The position numbers were made by a program, and so were the translations under genes. 64,000 nucleotides of DNA. It comes from Mytilus trossulus. Taxonomy: Eukaryota. Below the pieces are notes generated by a model that was not told the DNA's origin, did no database searches, and worked only from the letters and a program-made list of their open reading frames with translations. Below, one piece after another: positions 13,227 through 26,772 of this stretch (position 1 is the first letter of the stretch; every line of letters starts with the position of its first letter). Location: contig NC_086373.1 of assembly GCF_036588685.1 (NCBI RefSeq), forward strand, positions 108,252,001-108,316,000, read 5' to 3'.

Positions 13227-15415
13227 GGCCACACCAATTTGATTCCTTGTTCGACGGACGCGCCCGCACCTATTTTTTTCAAATCAGTTTTTTTAAATTT
13301 TTATTATAATCCCGCTTCCCGCATCCGGAAATGAAATCATGTCTATTTCCCGCACCGTTTTTTTGTAAATATTATATAGAAATCTCAACATTTGTATAAC
13401 GCTTCTAAACCTATCAGCACCCCACAACACTTTAAATATCTGCGAGAATATTTGTTTCAGCATGAAACCAATAGACCACTTTCGAGTTCATCCGTCACCG
13501 GCAAAAACTCGTCAATTATGCACGCCTTTATGACGTCACTTACCAGATAGAGGGGCTCGCCTATATCCCTGTACTATTTACGTTCATCAAGCGTCTTAGT
13601 GATCGTCTTTGTGCACGATAAACTAGAAATAATGGTTGCTCTGTAGGTACTTACTGACAATAGACCACTTTCGAGTTCATCCGTCACCGTCAAAAACTCG
13701 TCAATTATACACGCCTTTATGACGTCATTTACCAGATAGAGGGGCTCGCCTGTATCCCTGCACTATTTACGTTCATCAAGCGTCTTAGCGATCGTCTTTG
13801 TGCAGGATCAACTAGAAATAATGATTGCTCTGTAGGTACTTACTGACAATTCCCTAATGACAGCAGTGTTGATTGTCAATTTTGAGAATTCAATTTGCCG
13901 AATAATTCGTACAATATAGAATTATAGTTTTCCAACCACTCGCTCAACATTGGAAGGAAGTGACGACGCCCCTAAACGCACAAATGACGATGATAAAGGC
14001 GCGTATAATTGACGAGTTTTTTCCGGTGACGGATGAACTCGAAAGTGGTCTGTTCCCTAATGACTGCAGTGTTGATTGTCAATTTTGAGAATTTAATTTG
14101 CCGAATAATTCGTACAATATAGAATTATAGTTTTCCAACCACTCGCTCAACATTGGAAGGAAGTGACGATGCCCCTTAACGCAAAAATGACGGCGATAAA
14201 GGCGCGTATAATTGACGAGTGTTTTCCGGTGACGGATGAACTCGAAAGTGGTCTATTTTCCAAGCGGGAGTGCTCCGATATAATTAGAAATACCAGTACA
14301 GAACAAAACGTTGGTTTCTTTCCCCTAACTTATATTCCCTATAAAAAAAATGTTCGTTGTTAAAATAAAGTACAAAGAACTTCTGAAGGATTTCCCTTTA
14401 ACTGAAATTATAATGTATGGTGACGGTCATACCCGCTGCAGGTTTAAGCACCTGTCCTGGTTGATTCAGAGACCTGTCGTTCAGCAGTTATCGTTTGTTG
14501 ATGTGGTTCATTGGTATTTTCCCGTTTGGAAATATAATTTAGATCGTTGATTTTCCTGTTCGAATTGTGTACAATACTAAGTTGTGGTCCCTTATAGGTT
14601 GCTGGTTGGTCTTGATCAAAGCACTGTGTAAAAGGCCGTACTTTGACCTATGTTTGTTATTATCAGGTTGGGACCAACCCTCCCTCAGACAAGGGCCTTG
14701 AAGGGGTTATTTACCATGTTTACTGTTCAGTCTGTTGTAGAAAAGAAAATAGAAATACTAAGGATTTGTACAGTGCTACTGTACAAAACCTTTGACAACT
14801 GAGAATTTTTTACTCAAAAAAGGAGAAATACATTATATTTTAAACAACTTTTCTAAAAGAGGGATGGGTCCACTTATTTTGAATAATATTAAACTGTTAA
14901 AGTAAATGTGTTAACATGGTTAAAGTCCAGGAATATTACAAAATTCTTGGATCATTTAATACCAAATATTATAGTTCTTTGGGAATATATAAGCCCTTTT
15001 GTACAAAAAAAAAAATTATAACTTTAATATTTTGACCCCTCATAAAAGGGATATTCATAACATTAAGGGGTTGTTCTGAACCGGATTATGACTTGGATGG
15101 AGAATTGTCTTATTGTCAGTCACACATACATACACCAGATTTAATTATTCAATTATTTCTTGTTGAACAGGGAAAAAATACTTAATAAATTAAAGAAATG
15201 TCAAGGTACAAGTGATAAATCAAGTTTTAATATAGTCAAAACCTACTATTTTATGTTTACAAAAAAAAATTATAATCGCTCGCCTTTACTTTTTAAGCTT
15301 CGCCTCAAAAATTTGCAAATTAAATATTTTTTTATTAAAATTTTCAAATCGCTCGCTCGCCCCAAATTTTTGGAGTCCAAAAATCCGTAGAACAAGAAAT
15401 TAAATTGGTGTGGCC
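13227..15415. mobile_element. PIF/Harbinger-type MITE
   Basis: TIR GGCCACACCAATTT/AAATTGGTGTGGCC flanked by TAA on both sides (3-bp TSD typical of Harbinger). Confidence 0.8.
13473..14254. mobile_element. ~390-bp MITE (ISL2EU-like, probable AT TSD) with a second copy of itself inserted at 13662-14051
   Basis: TIR AGACCACTTTCGAGTTCATCCGTCACCG and its reverse complement each occur twice. The outer copy is split at GACAAT|TCCCTAATG. Confidence 0.8.
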
Positions 15416-17269
15416 TAATAGACATTTGTAATAAAGCACAAAAACAAGTATGAATATTTCAATTTTAACAATATTATATGAATACTATTTCGAAAGACTG
15501 ATAATAATATTAATGGATCACAGTTTATGCGGCAGATTTATAACATGTAAGACATCAAAAGACATGTTTCAACATGCAGTTTCGAAAATAATAGACCTCA
15601 AGCACCGATTATTTTTAATAACCGGCAATCATGATTCTTCTATATACTCTTATTTATATTTATTTACTTACTTGTATACAATTTTGAAATGTAAAATGTA
15701 AAAGTACAACAACACAACAACAATTTAGATGTAGCATCGTACATATCCCCATTTTTATTACTTAGGACAAAACAAGCAATGATTAGTTATTTTTTAAGGG
15801 AAAAAAATATTGTTATGAAATATTATTATTTTCTTCTCCCGGGCGTTTTTTCTGTTCCCCGGGCGCTATTTTTTCTTCTCCGGGCGCTTTTTCTTTTCCC
15901 CGGGCGCTTTTTCTTCACCCGGGCGCATTTTAGAAGGACCGATCTAAGTCGGCTTTACTCTGTGATGCGTTTTCAGATTCATCACTCGACAACTTCCTGT
16001 TTACCGAACACTTATATGATCTTACACATGATAGCTAAATTGAAATTGTTCGTCACATTTTTCTCAGAAAGTTCAATACAAGGATTTCTGAGATTAGGTT
16101 TCAGGGTTTATATAAGTCTGCTATACCAGGTGATGCGTTTTCAGATTCATCACTTGACAACTTTCTGTTTACCGAGCACTTGCATATTTTGACACTATTA
16201 AAATTATCCACTTGCGGCGGGGGATATCATCAGTGACTGAGCAGTAGCTCGCAGTTTCACTTATTTTTTTCTATCTTTTGAGTGATTTGTTTTCTTTCCT
16301 TTTACATACAATTTTAAAAATTAAAAATAACAGAACTACAACTACAACGATAAGACATAAAAACGATTGCCGATCAGAATAACAAATATCATAACTAAAT
16401 ACATGAATGTTGGATGTACAAATACCGAGACACGGCTTTTAGCAATGCGAATTCACACTCAGCAAAACAGTCACATTCGGCAATAGTTCACGTTCGGTAC
16501 CTAAAGGAACGTAAATGTAAACTACAACCTATAGCTAAGACGTATAATATAAGTAGATACAAAATCGATGAAAGGGAGATGTTCAATGAAGTTATTAAAA
16601 AAAGTCTCGAAGGGAAAAGACATATCATTATCATAAATTGTTCACACAGATATGTCTCGTCTGCCTGTAATATTGATTGTACAAGCAAATGTTGAAATTT
16701 ATATACCAATACTTTTAACATGTAAACTAGCAAAAGGTCTCGAGGTATATAAATGAGTGCGTGCGTTTGAAGAATTGCGCTTGTCATCTGTGTTTTTATT
16801 TATTACTAAGTTACTGCTCTCTACAGCCAAATTGGAACTCAGTTCATGAATACAATAAGCTTTGTTAGTTTCTTACACTGCACTGAAATTTTGCAAACAA
16901 AATGCGTCATTTCTGGAATCATGTCTTTCACTTGGGCCAAAACTAGGCCTTAATGCCCCTACTCCTTTGTCTCCAAGTCAAAAAATATGACATTATTCAC
17001 TCGGTTAATATGTTTGAGCTTTAAATTTTGCCTTCTGCTCAGAGACTTTCCGTTAAGTATGTTACTCGGAGTTCGGTGGGTTTTTTATTTTACTTTTTGT
17101 TACTTATGGAAGACGTGATTTTTAACAATTACGATAGGAATAAACCTCTTCTTGTCGACTTATCTTTTATGTTTATGATGACGACTTCATACAGGAACCT
17201 CTTAGACAGAAAGAAAAGAAGTTAGCAATATCCATAATCTTCACTTTCAGCTCTAACTTAATAATTCAA

Positions 17270-17830
17270 AATTTGGAAACAATGTTGAAAACATCTTTCC
17301 CATCGAACTTGAGATGAAGAATACAACAGATAAATTTGACAATGAGAATTAGTTGAAAACCACAAAAGACAAGATTTCAGTGCCAAAATTTGCACTTTTC
17401 ATTTCTGCGTAGCAACATTCTAGCAGCGCCTGCATACGAAGTATATTTCCCAACTATTTTAAGGCTTGTATTCTATCATGATTCCCTTTATAGAGAACTG
17501 ATGCTCAACAGGAAGCTATAAAACAAAGAGTTCCAATCGGTGTACTTTAAATCATTCTTTCGTAGATTTTATAGACACCATCACAAGTTGGTTAAAAGTT
17601 ATGAAATATTTGTTTAACAGATGACGACCGTTATGTGCAATTGTTTGTAACTACAAGCCCGTTCCCTTGTTCCCGAATGTGACTTACCGAATTCAACTTA
17701 TTTGTGGGTGTGTACTAACATGAGCAACACGGCGGATGCCATATGTAGATCTAGATCTGCATGCCATTCCAGAGCACCAGAGATAAACCCCAGTTTTCAG
17801 TGGAGCTCATGCTGTTTAGTCTTTTGTTTT
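17270..17830 (+). mobile_element. Decayed Penelope-like 3' fragment
   Basis: CCCATCGAACTTGAGAT.. and AGCAACATTCTAGCAGCGCCTGCATACG match the reverse complement of 53700-53900. A shorter fragment lies at 21320-21590. Confidence 0.55.
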
Positions 17831-19036
17831 CTACGACTTGCAAGCTTTGGGTTTATTGGGCGACTCTGCGAAATGGCGTCTCATCAATAGCACAACTAAT
17901 CTTAAACACTTGTTGTACTTAAACCTGTATGATTTGTTTGAAAATGGCCTGGTGACCTGTATATTTTCTTTATTTTTTCTTTTTATACGCAACTCCTGAA
18001 ACTTTTTTTCAAACTTATAGGACCTTACGATTCATGCAATGCGTTCAGAGTCAATTAACTGCATTTGTCATGTATTTTTAGTTTTAAGTATGAGGATAAG
18101 GGTCTGTTTTTTAATTATACATTGCAAAATGTTTATGATTAAATTGGAAGTAATGTATACTGGAGGCAGTCAGATGTGCAAAATTTAAATTTTGTATATT
18201 TCCTGCCTTGTGGGAAATGAGGATATAAAGGCAGAATATTTAGCACCGTTGTTGCAATATCGCATGGATAAGAGCGCGAAGAGATTAAATAGTCATTTAT
18301 TAGCACAAAGTTGACTCATGAAATGTTTTAAAATGCAATCACCATTTTTTTAAATTGTTTTACAGAAAAAAATCATTAAATCGAAAAGAAAAAGAAATAT
18401 AAAAGAACGCAACAAGTATATAAAATGCAATAAATCATTTAAGTTGAAGGTTATAGCCAAAATTTAAAATTATTTTGTCAATTCTGACGTTAATGCACTA
18501 AATAATATGTGGATATGATTCTGAGGTTTCGAAAGTAAAACAGTTGAAAATCACACTTATTCATCCATCCCAACCAATACTGTAACAAAATATAACATCG
18601 TTCCAATCACTGTGTATTTATCTACGTGCTATTGGACAAATGATATGCACTGCACTGATATTAAGGTCTCAAAAACATGCATGATAAATTTATTGATAGT
18701 AAATTTGATTTTAAGTAAAAGTTTATTGAAAAGAAAATTGTATTTCCATTTCTTTCCTTGTTTATTATTTACCTGTGGTTTATTAGAATTTCATACCGGT
18801 GACGCCATACATAAAACGTAAACAGGGCTGTATTGCAACCTCAGCTTAGGAGGACGGATGAGCGGTTAGTTCAATCGGGAATTGATTACCTAGAAACTTA
18901 TCATTGGTTTCAGAAAATAAACAATGTAACATGAGTTTTGTTCACAAGAAAGTTTAGAATTATTATACAGATCTGCTCATTTTACTTGCTGTGATCTTAT
19001 TTATTCGAACTATTTTTCAAAACAAATACTAAAGGG

Positions 19037-19516
19037 ATGGCAGGTAACCCAAACGTTTGCGATGGCTGTGATAGCTTTGAAAAGATTAAATCATGTTGCG
19101 TCAATTGTGAGCAGTGTTATTGCCAGGAATGCACCGCTCATCATATGAAATGTAGAACTACACGGTTACATATCTTAATGGATGCTTCAAACATTGACAC
19201 AGATAAAACTCTAAATTCTTTTGATGTTAAATGCGTTAATGAATGCGGGGAGCAGGCAGTAATGCTTTGTCTAGATTGCAAACAGTTACTGTGTGACAAC
19301 TGTACACAGAAACATACAAGGCTTAAAGCAACCAACGATCATAATACCATAACAGCGAAACAACTCGTGAGAGACGAAACATTATCAACTACTTCTGTTG
19401 ATGCTTACTCTGAAAGAAGAACTGCAGCAGTTTCAGATTCGCAGGAATTAGTGCATGCACAGGTTCAAGTTAGAAAAGCTTTGGGTACGTTTTTACGTAT
19501 GTCAGAATTATATTAA
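19037..19516 (+). CDS. Truncated paralogue C: two B-boxes and linker, no NHL (159 aa; possible pseudogene)
   Basis: Open ORF homologous to the N-termini of B and F up to ELVHAQVQV, then homology is lost and a stop follows. The upstream block (18645-18870) is retained. Confidence 0.7.
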   Translation: MAGNPNVCDGCDSFEKIKSCCVNCEQCYCQECTAHHMKCRTTRLHILMDASNIDTDKTLNSFDVKCVNECGEQAVMLCLDCKQLLCDNCTQKHTRLKATNDHNTITAKQLVRDETLSTTSVDAYSERRTAAVSDSQELVHAQVQVRKALGTFLRMSELY

Positions 19517-19594
19517 GTTTTCAAAATGCTCCGAAAGCTATTTCATGATTATGAAGAAGCTTCTTTTTGTGCTTTGTGAATTGTAAAAAAATAT

Positions 19595-20030
19595 AAAAAA
19601 GGAAAACAATATTTTCAATTCATTCTTTTTATTTTTTACCTGTGTTATATGAACACTGATGTAATAGAAGTGCATACAGTTGACGCAATAGTAAAACGTA
19701 AACAGGGCTGTATTGCAACCTTAGCTCAGGTCGACGGATTAGCTGTTGGTTGAATCGGGAATCGATTTCATGACAATTTATCAAATATTTCAGGAATAAG
19801 TTATATAAACATGAACTTTGATTACACGAAAGATTTCAGTAATCATACAGATTTGTTCATTTTACTTATATTTTCAGGTTCACAGGAATTACTGCATGCA
19901 CAGGTTCAAGTTAGGAAAGGTAAACATTCGGGTACGTTATTACGTATGTCATAATTAAATTATGTTTTCAAATGCCCAAAGCTATATCATGATTTTGAAG
20001 AAGCTTCTTTCAATGCTTTGTGAAGTTGCA
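19595..20030 (+). pseudogene. Remnant D: duplicate of copy C with the B-box region deleted
   Basis: 19595-19868 repeats the upstream block of C, and 19872-20030 repeats 19432-19580. The junction is at TTTCAG. Confidence 0.7.
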
Positions 20031-21659
20031 TTGAAGTTTTTAAACATAGTAGAATCATATTCAAAACAGTGTGGTCCTGGCCATTGATTGACGACCTAAA
20101 TTATCCCATATCTCAGAATAAGACCGTTGTTTTTTATGTCCTTTATAGCTTTCTGTTCGTCTTAACCAGTGTTCCGTGTTGAAAGCCGTACTTTCATCTA
20201 TGATTCTTTATACATTGTGACTGTCAAAAATGAAGAATTGTCTCATTAGCACTCATATCACCTCTCCTAAATTATGAAGAAACTCTTTTCGTTAGGATAA
20301 AGGCTATGGGATCGTGTATAGAAATAAGAATTATTAAAAAAAAAATGAACTGGTTTATGAATTCCCATGCTACTTCAATCATAAAAAGGAAAGCAACAAA
20401 AATAACAAACTTCAAGGGAAACTAAAATATCTCAATAACAAATATGTTGTTAAAGCAGATAAACCTCAAAACAGCATCGTTTTTGTGATTGAATTTTATT
20501 ACACATTCTTCTTGACAAATGAATTATGTATTGACCATTCCATCACTTGGAAACTCAACATATTTCCCAATTATCAGGGATAAAAACCTGGATAACTAAA
20601 GGTATGACGTTCTTAGTTCTTTTTAGAATTTCAACAGTAGATGAAAAACTAGATCTTCTGTAGCAGTATTTAATACCAAAATTACATCAGTGTCCTTACA
20701 AACACGTTATATTACTTGGTTTTATCAAGTGCTCCAGGAAACCTCTTTCTTAATTATTAACATCAATTGTGTTCTGCCATCAAAGGCGGAATTCAAAATT
20801 ATAACGAAACAACCCATTCTAAAGTTAAAGTAGTGAATCAGATGTGGATACTAAAAAACGATCCAAAAATCTTAAATAGTACATACTGTCTAAGACTTTT
20901 TCATTTTTAAATTTGACTTTTTTACATTTTACACATATATTCCTCATTTCGAACTTAAAGTCAAAAATGACATTCAAAATTGATACTGCTTTGTACATTA
21001 AAAGAAAAGTCAACGTGGATACCAGTATTTTGCCTTAATTAGGGATACTTTGTACTTTAAAAAAAAAAAACTCGGCTTTAAACAAAATAATTTTAGAAAC
21101 TGACATCTTCAAGATGCTTAACTTTTGGTTTAAAACATAGTTGTTACTTTTGAACGACGTTTTTTTAAACATACATTCGACTTTTCCATGGAAACATACT
21201 GTGCCCTTCTTTTTCCCGACTTGATCTTTATTCACATTAGGCTTTCTTCATACCGGAACTTTAAAGAAATAAATAAAATATTAGTTACTTTAAAATTCAT
21301 TCTAAACAATATATATGATGTTCCAGCATTGCCTGCATACATAGTATATCTCCAAGTTAGAAAGCTATAAAACCAGGAGTTCCAAATGGTGAAGTTGAAA
21401 TCATCCCTCCGTAAAGTTTACGGATGCTATCAATATTTGGTTGACCGTTAAGTAATATCGGTTTAACAAATAATAACAAATGAGACCAACCGAATTCGAC
21501 AAAAAATTGTTTTACTCACATGAGCAACACGAATAACATGAGCAATTTACCATTTTTGGAGCAGAATCTTCTTATCCTTCAAGAGCACTTGAGAGAACTC
21601 ATCCCTACTATGAAATCTTTGCAATCACTTTGCATTTGATAACGTAAGAACGGACTAAT

Positions 21660-22195
21660 GGTATGCACTGCATTTTCTTCACTGAACTAAAGGTCTCAAA
21701 GCATGAATAATTAACTTATTGATAGTGAATTTGATTTTAAGTTAAAGTTTGGTAAAAAGGAAAACATTTTTATTTTTCAAATTTATCATTGGTATATGAG
21801 CTCTTGATTTAAGTACAACAATTAAATACAGGTGATGGCATATTGTTAAACGTCAAAGGTAACAGGGCTGTTTAGCTACCTCAGTTTGGGGAGACGGTTA
21901 AGTTGTAAGTTGATTCAGGAATTGATTACCTGGAACCTTATCATAGGTTTCAGAAACATCATAATGATTACATGGAGTTATCACACATATTTTCTTATTT
22001 CACTTGAGTGATGTAATCACATTTGTTGAATTAAATCAATTTATTTTGTTTTACTGCAGGGTTGGCAGCTCCATCAAACGTTTATGACGGCTGAGAATTT
22101 GATAGAAAGGTAGAATCCTTTTCGGTGCAGTTTTATTGCAGGGAATGCACCGCTTACTATATGAATTTAAAACCCAGACGTTTCCACTTCTTAAA
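21660..22195 (+). pseudogene. Remnant E: promoter block, intron and decayed first B-box
   Basis: CTGCAG-GG-TTG (ATG lost, 22062) GCA GCT CCA TCA AAC GTT TAT GAC GGC TGA (in-frame stop), then AAGGTAGAATC..TATTGC..GAATGCACCG. Confidence 0.8.
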
Positions 22196-22705
22196 CATAT
22201 CTTATTTGTTCAATCCTTATTTTTTAACAAGGAATTAATTATTTAAGAGAGAGTAATTTGCAAAAACAATTCCTTGTCACAAGTATAGTCAACTGCAAAT
22301 GTAAAAATAATTTTGGTATTCTAATATTGTATAAAAGATTTGTTAACGTTGATTTCAAAAGTTTTGACATTGAAATTGAAAATATTTTGATTAGTAGATT
22401 TAATTGATGATACTGTAGCCGATAACGCATATTAATAAAGGAATTATGCGTACAATTTTAAACATCATTAAAAGGTAAGAATATTTGTGTCTTGTTAAAT
22501 TTCAGTATCGAAAAAGCTTGAACTCAATTTAGTTAGAAAAGTGTTCATCAGCTAGCTATAAGAACGGTCAGTAACAAATATATCTATATGCAATGTATAT
22601 GTTTTGGGCAATGTAGAATAACGCAGGTTAAAGAACAGTTTCAAATGGAATACACTGCATACGAGAACTTGAAGGGACAGCATTTCATGCATATTAAAAC
22701 ATGTG

Positions 22706-22997
22706 ATCTATGATAAACTTTTTATATCGCTATTTTGTACATTTTTCCTTTGATCTTTTTTTGTGATAATTTTCATATCATGCTTCTTGCTTGTGATGGA
22801 AAAATTATCGCTAGAAACTAAAGAAGCCACGTGGCGTTGCTAACGAAATTGACTTTGCAATTGACAACGTCGTCATATGTAAAATAGCGATAAACAGATT
22901 ATCATTGGTCATCTCAACTCGATTGCTTTTCTCACTTTCGCTGTACAAGCTCAAGAGAGAAAATCAATCTCGTTGAGATAATCAACGATAATCTATA
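22706..22997. mobile_element. Small multi-hairpin non-autonomous element
   Basis: Inverted pairs AGATTATC..TCTCAAC..TTTTCTC / GAGAAAA..GTTGAGA..GATAATCT and ATCGCTATTTT / AAAATAGCGAT. Confidence 0.5.
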
Positions 22998-23713
22998 GTT
23001 ACTTTACAACGTATGCACATTATATTTTGTTGATGTTAAGTGAGTCTGCTGATATGTCAGTGTCAATTTCATCTTGTTTTAACTTGTTTAAAAAAAAAAA
23101 AAAAAAAAAAGAACAATTTACATTGTAAACACTACGTATAAATGAAGTAGTGATGAAGTTTGTGTTTGTATGAGTTAGAAAGGTTTTATATCCTATTTTA
23201 TTAATTTTAAACACCATATCGTATTGAGTATAGTTTTTTATTTTCATATTTCCAAATGTTATGTAACTTAAAAATTACTTAGTAATAAATACTAGTTATG
23301 TATGTATGTGCTTGAAAACGGCTTATAAGGTAAAATAAATAAGTGTTATTCTTATTCTTATTTATTGCACATAGTAGCACGATACCAAATGACGTAATTG
23401 TATAGTTATCGTTCCTGACGTCATTGAACAACCAGTTAATGCAGCAGGTTTCGTCGTGTTTATGGCGGTTGACAACCAATACATGTAGGCCCTAAATTGG
23501 TCTTTTATTGCCAAAATAAAATTTTAAAAAAAAATCCTTTTTGGTAAACACTTTTACTTTAACTTTTATTACTTGTATCCCTTTCTTCTTAATATTTACA
23601 TTAAAATATGCTGGTAAAAAATAAATTGCCAGCAGTGTAATCACTTATCGCTGCTGACATATGAGAGCATCATTGGAATTCGAATTCGAAGAAATTGTTT
23701 CTCAAAATTCACC

Positions 23714-23869
23714 TAAGAATTGAATGCTACTTTTTGTAACTTTATTTGGGGTGTAAAAGCGTTGAAGTGCATTTTGTATTAAGCGCGGCAGCACTTTATT
23801 CTTCAAATGTGCGCACGTTCAACGCTTTTACAACCCTATGAAGATACAAAAAGAAGCATTCAATACTTA
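23714..23869. mobile_element. Palindromic MITE-like hairpin
   Basis: TAAGAATTGAATGC..GTAAAAGCGTTGAA / TTCAACGCTTTTAC..GCATTCAATACTTA. Another right arm is at 25875-25927. Confidence 0.6.
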
Positions 23870-23919
23870 CAATTACATTTTTAGCTAGGATGATAAACAC
23901 GATTTTTATCACCTTTGCA

Positions 23920-24667
23920 TTAGCTCACCTGGCCCAAAGGGCCAAGTAAACTTTTCTCATCACTTTGCGTCCGGCGTCCGGCGTCTTCCGTCGTCGTCGT
24001 CGTTATCTTTTACAAAAATCTTCTCCTCTGAAACTACTGAGCCAAATTAAATCTTACTTGACCACAATCATCATTAGGGTATCTAGTTTAAAAATTGTGT
24101 CCGTTGACCCGGTCAACCAACCAAGTGGCCGCCATGGCTAAAAATAGAACATTGGGGTAAAATGCAGTTTTTAGCTTATAACTCAAAAACCAAAGCATTT
24201 AGAGAAAATATTTCAGGGGGTTAAATTGTTTATTACGTCAACATATATCTGACCTGAAAATTTCAGATGAATCTGACAACCGGTTGTTGGGTTGCTGCCA
24301 TTGAATTGGTAATTTTAAGGAAATTTTACTGTTTTTGAATATTATCTTGAACAATATTATAGATAGAGATAAACAGTGAACAGCAATTATGTTCAACAAA
24401 GTAAGTTTTACAAATAAGTCAAAACGTCCGATATGGTCAGTTGACCCCTTTTTTGTAGATTTTTAGAAAATATTTTCCACTGTAACTACTGGGCCAAGTT
24501 CATTATAAATAGAGACAATTGTAGCAACAAGAATGTTCAGTAGAGTAAGATCTACTAACACATCACCATCATCACAACACAATTTTGTTGTGAATTTATC
24601 TGTGTCCATTGTTTTATATGCACATAGACCAAGGTGAGCGACACAGGCTCTTGAGAGCCTCTAGTTT
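23920..24667 (+). mobile_element. HINE-like non-autonomous Helentron (AGCTCACCT family), complete
   Basis: 5' TAGCTCACCTGG and CGTC microsatellite. 3' AGGTGAGCG, GGCTCT..AGAGCC hairpin and CTAGTT. Confidence 0.75.
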
Positions 24668-24935
24668 AATCTACCTGTGCATTTGATTGTGGGACCTCGT
24701 GTCATCGTGAATGATAAATTTTATTGTACAATGAAGTTGATTAAGGAACAACGAGAAATTTCAGTGTAGCCAATCAGAAAATCGTATTATAATGAAACTT
24801 ATATCTTATGTTATTATAATCAAAAGATTTATTAAAAACAATAATTTATTTTCTTTTAAATTCTCTGATCTAAGATATTGTATCCAATCCTTTGTGATTG
24901 CGTTTAAAGATTTTAACTGAGATTTCCAGTTGGTT

Positions 24936-25848
24936 TTTAGCTCACCTAGCCCGAAGAGCCAAGTGAGCTTTTCTCATCAATTGGCGTCCGTCGTCCGTTG
25001 TCGTCGTCCGTCGTCGTCCGACGTCATCGTTAGCTTTTACAAAAATCTTCTCCTCTGAAACTACTGGGTCAAATTAAACGAAACTTGGCCACAATCATCA
25101 TTGGGGTATCGAGTTTAAAAATGAGTGGCGTGACCAGGCAAACCAACCAAGATGGCCGCCACCGCTAAAAATAGAACATGGTGGTTAAATGCAGTTTTTG
25201 GCTTATAACTCAAAATCCAAAGCATTTAGAGCAAATCTGATATGGAGTACAATGTTTATCAGATGAAGATCTGTATGCTCTAAAAAATTTCAGATGAATC
25301 AAACAACTCGTTGTTTGGTTGCTGCCCCTGAATTGGTAATTTTAAGAAAATTTTGCTGGTTTTGGTCATTATCTTAATTATTATTATAGATAGATAGAGA
25401 TAAATTGTAAACAGCAATAATGTTCAACAAATTAAGATTTACAAATAAGTCAATATGACCGAAAGGATCAATTGACTCCTTTAGGAGTTATTGTCCTTTA
25501 TAGTCAATTTTTAACCATTTTTCGTAAATCTTAGTATCTTTTACAAAAATCTTCTCCTGAAACTACTGGGCCAAATTAATCCAAACTTGGCCACAATCAT
25601 CTTTGGGGTATCTAGTTTAAAAATAAATGTGTCCGATGACCCGGCCATCGAACCAAGATGGCCGCAACGGCTAAAAATAGAACAAAGGGATAAAATGCAG
25701 TGTTTGGCTTAAAACTCAAAAAACCAAAGCATTTAGAGCAAATCTGACTGTATCTGCCCTGAAATTTCAGATTGATCGGACAACCCGTTGTTAGGTTGCT
25801 GCCCCTGAATTGGTAATTTTGAGGAAATTTTGCCCTTTTTTTGTTATT
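24936..25848 (+). mobile_element. HINE-like element, same family, 3' truncated, ~1.7 central units
   Basis: Same 5' end; the central unit TTTTACAAAAATCTTCTCC repeats at ~25036 and ~25539. Confidence 0.75.
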
Positions 25849-26339
25849 CCGCGCTTCATACAAAATGTGCTTCGGACAACGCTTTTACACCACAATGAAT
25901 TTACAAAAAGAAGTATTCAATTCTTAAATAAAATAAAAAATTAAAAAATTAAAACCACAAACGATAAGACATTAAACAATATCCAATTGGAATGACAAAA
26001 TTGACGTTTTTATCAAAAATTAACTGAATTGGTAAAAATGGTGACTCATATTTCGATGTATCTCGTATAAAAGACCGGTGTATCACAATTTGGCATTATT
26101 CTCCTTCATATAATAACAAACCAATAAGGAAAAGAACAAGCATTTCAGAAGAAAAAAAATCTTATAAAAATTCATATAAATGTAAACATTTAAACTGATC
26201 ATTTATTGTCAACCTTGAACTTCTGGAAATATCCTCGGTTTTCTTAATTTATATGAAATTTTCTGTTTGATAAGTGTATTCGGTAAAGAATGGTTATACA
26301 AACAAGATCGATAAGTTTATGCAGAATAAATGTATGCTA

Positions 26340-26772
26340 GTTCAAAAGGGATTTGTATTGGTATTATTTTATAAATTGTATAAAGTATGATACAGTTGAC
26401 ATTAATTTCTGTAGCAAATATCTTCTATTCTAGTAGGTAGTCAAGATAACTCGGTCTTTTAACTCTGCTATCCTCGTCAAGAAGATTATAAATCAATCCA
26501 TCGACTGTTTTCATCGGAATATTCTGTATATAAAAAAGATGATGTGGTGTGATTGTGAATGTGACAACTCTCCACAAGAGACAAAATGACACAGAAATTA
26601 ACAACTTTAGGTAACCATATGGCTTTCAACAAAGAGCTACGCCCATACCGCATAAATAGCTATTAAAAGCCCCGAAATGATAAACGTAAAACAATTCAAA
26701 CGAGAAAAACGAGTAGACTACTGTGATACGACGTGCAATCGTAACAAAAAGCTTGATCGTAATTTGCACAAA
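26340..26772 (-). pseudogene. Remnant G: decayed paralogue of copy A with most of the interior deleted and a SINE-like insert
   Basis: 26450-26515 (CTCGGTCTTTTAACTCTGCT..CCTCGTCAAGAAGAT) matches 4228-4295. 26711-26770 (GAGTAGACT..ACGTGCAATCGT..AATTTGCACA) matches 5264-5330. Confidence 0.8.

Larger units (their letters stand above)
13015..15939. mobile_element. Non-autonomous TIR transposon with GCGCCCGGG subterminal repeats
   Basis: GGTCCT..AAATGCGCCCGGG at the left end and CCCGGGCGCATTTT..AGGACC at the right, ~110-bp inverted arms. Degenerate TSD ATATAAGT/ATCTAAGT. Confidence 0.75.
12836..16265 (+). mobile_element. DINE-1/HINE-like non-autonomous Helentron, interrupted by nested insertions
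   Basis: T-run, then ATACCCtcgctttgaaaagGGGGTAT subterminal inverted repeat and a GTCC microsatellite. The internal tandem unit resumes at ~15950. The 3' end has GGGGGATAT, a GAGC..GCTC hairpin and a T-run. Confidence 0.65.

Noticed and set aside
12701-16192. ORFs of 145 aa (12701) and 137 aa (15779)
   Set aside because: They run across transposon junctions and the GCGCCCGGG subterminal repeats, giving low-complexity translations.
16820-17005. Minus-strand NVIFFDLET resembling a DEDD exonuclease motif
   Set aside because: In-frame stops follow immediately and no further motifs appear; likely chance or an unidentifiable relic.
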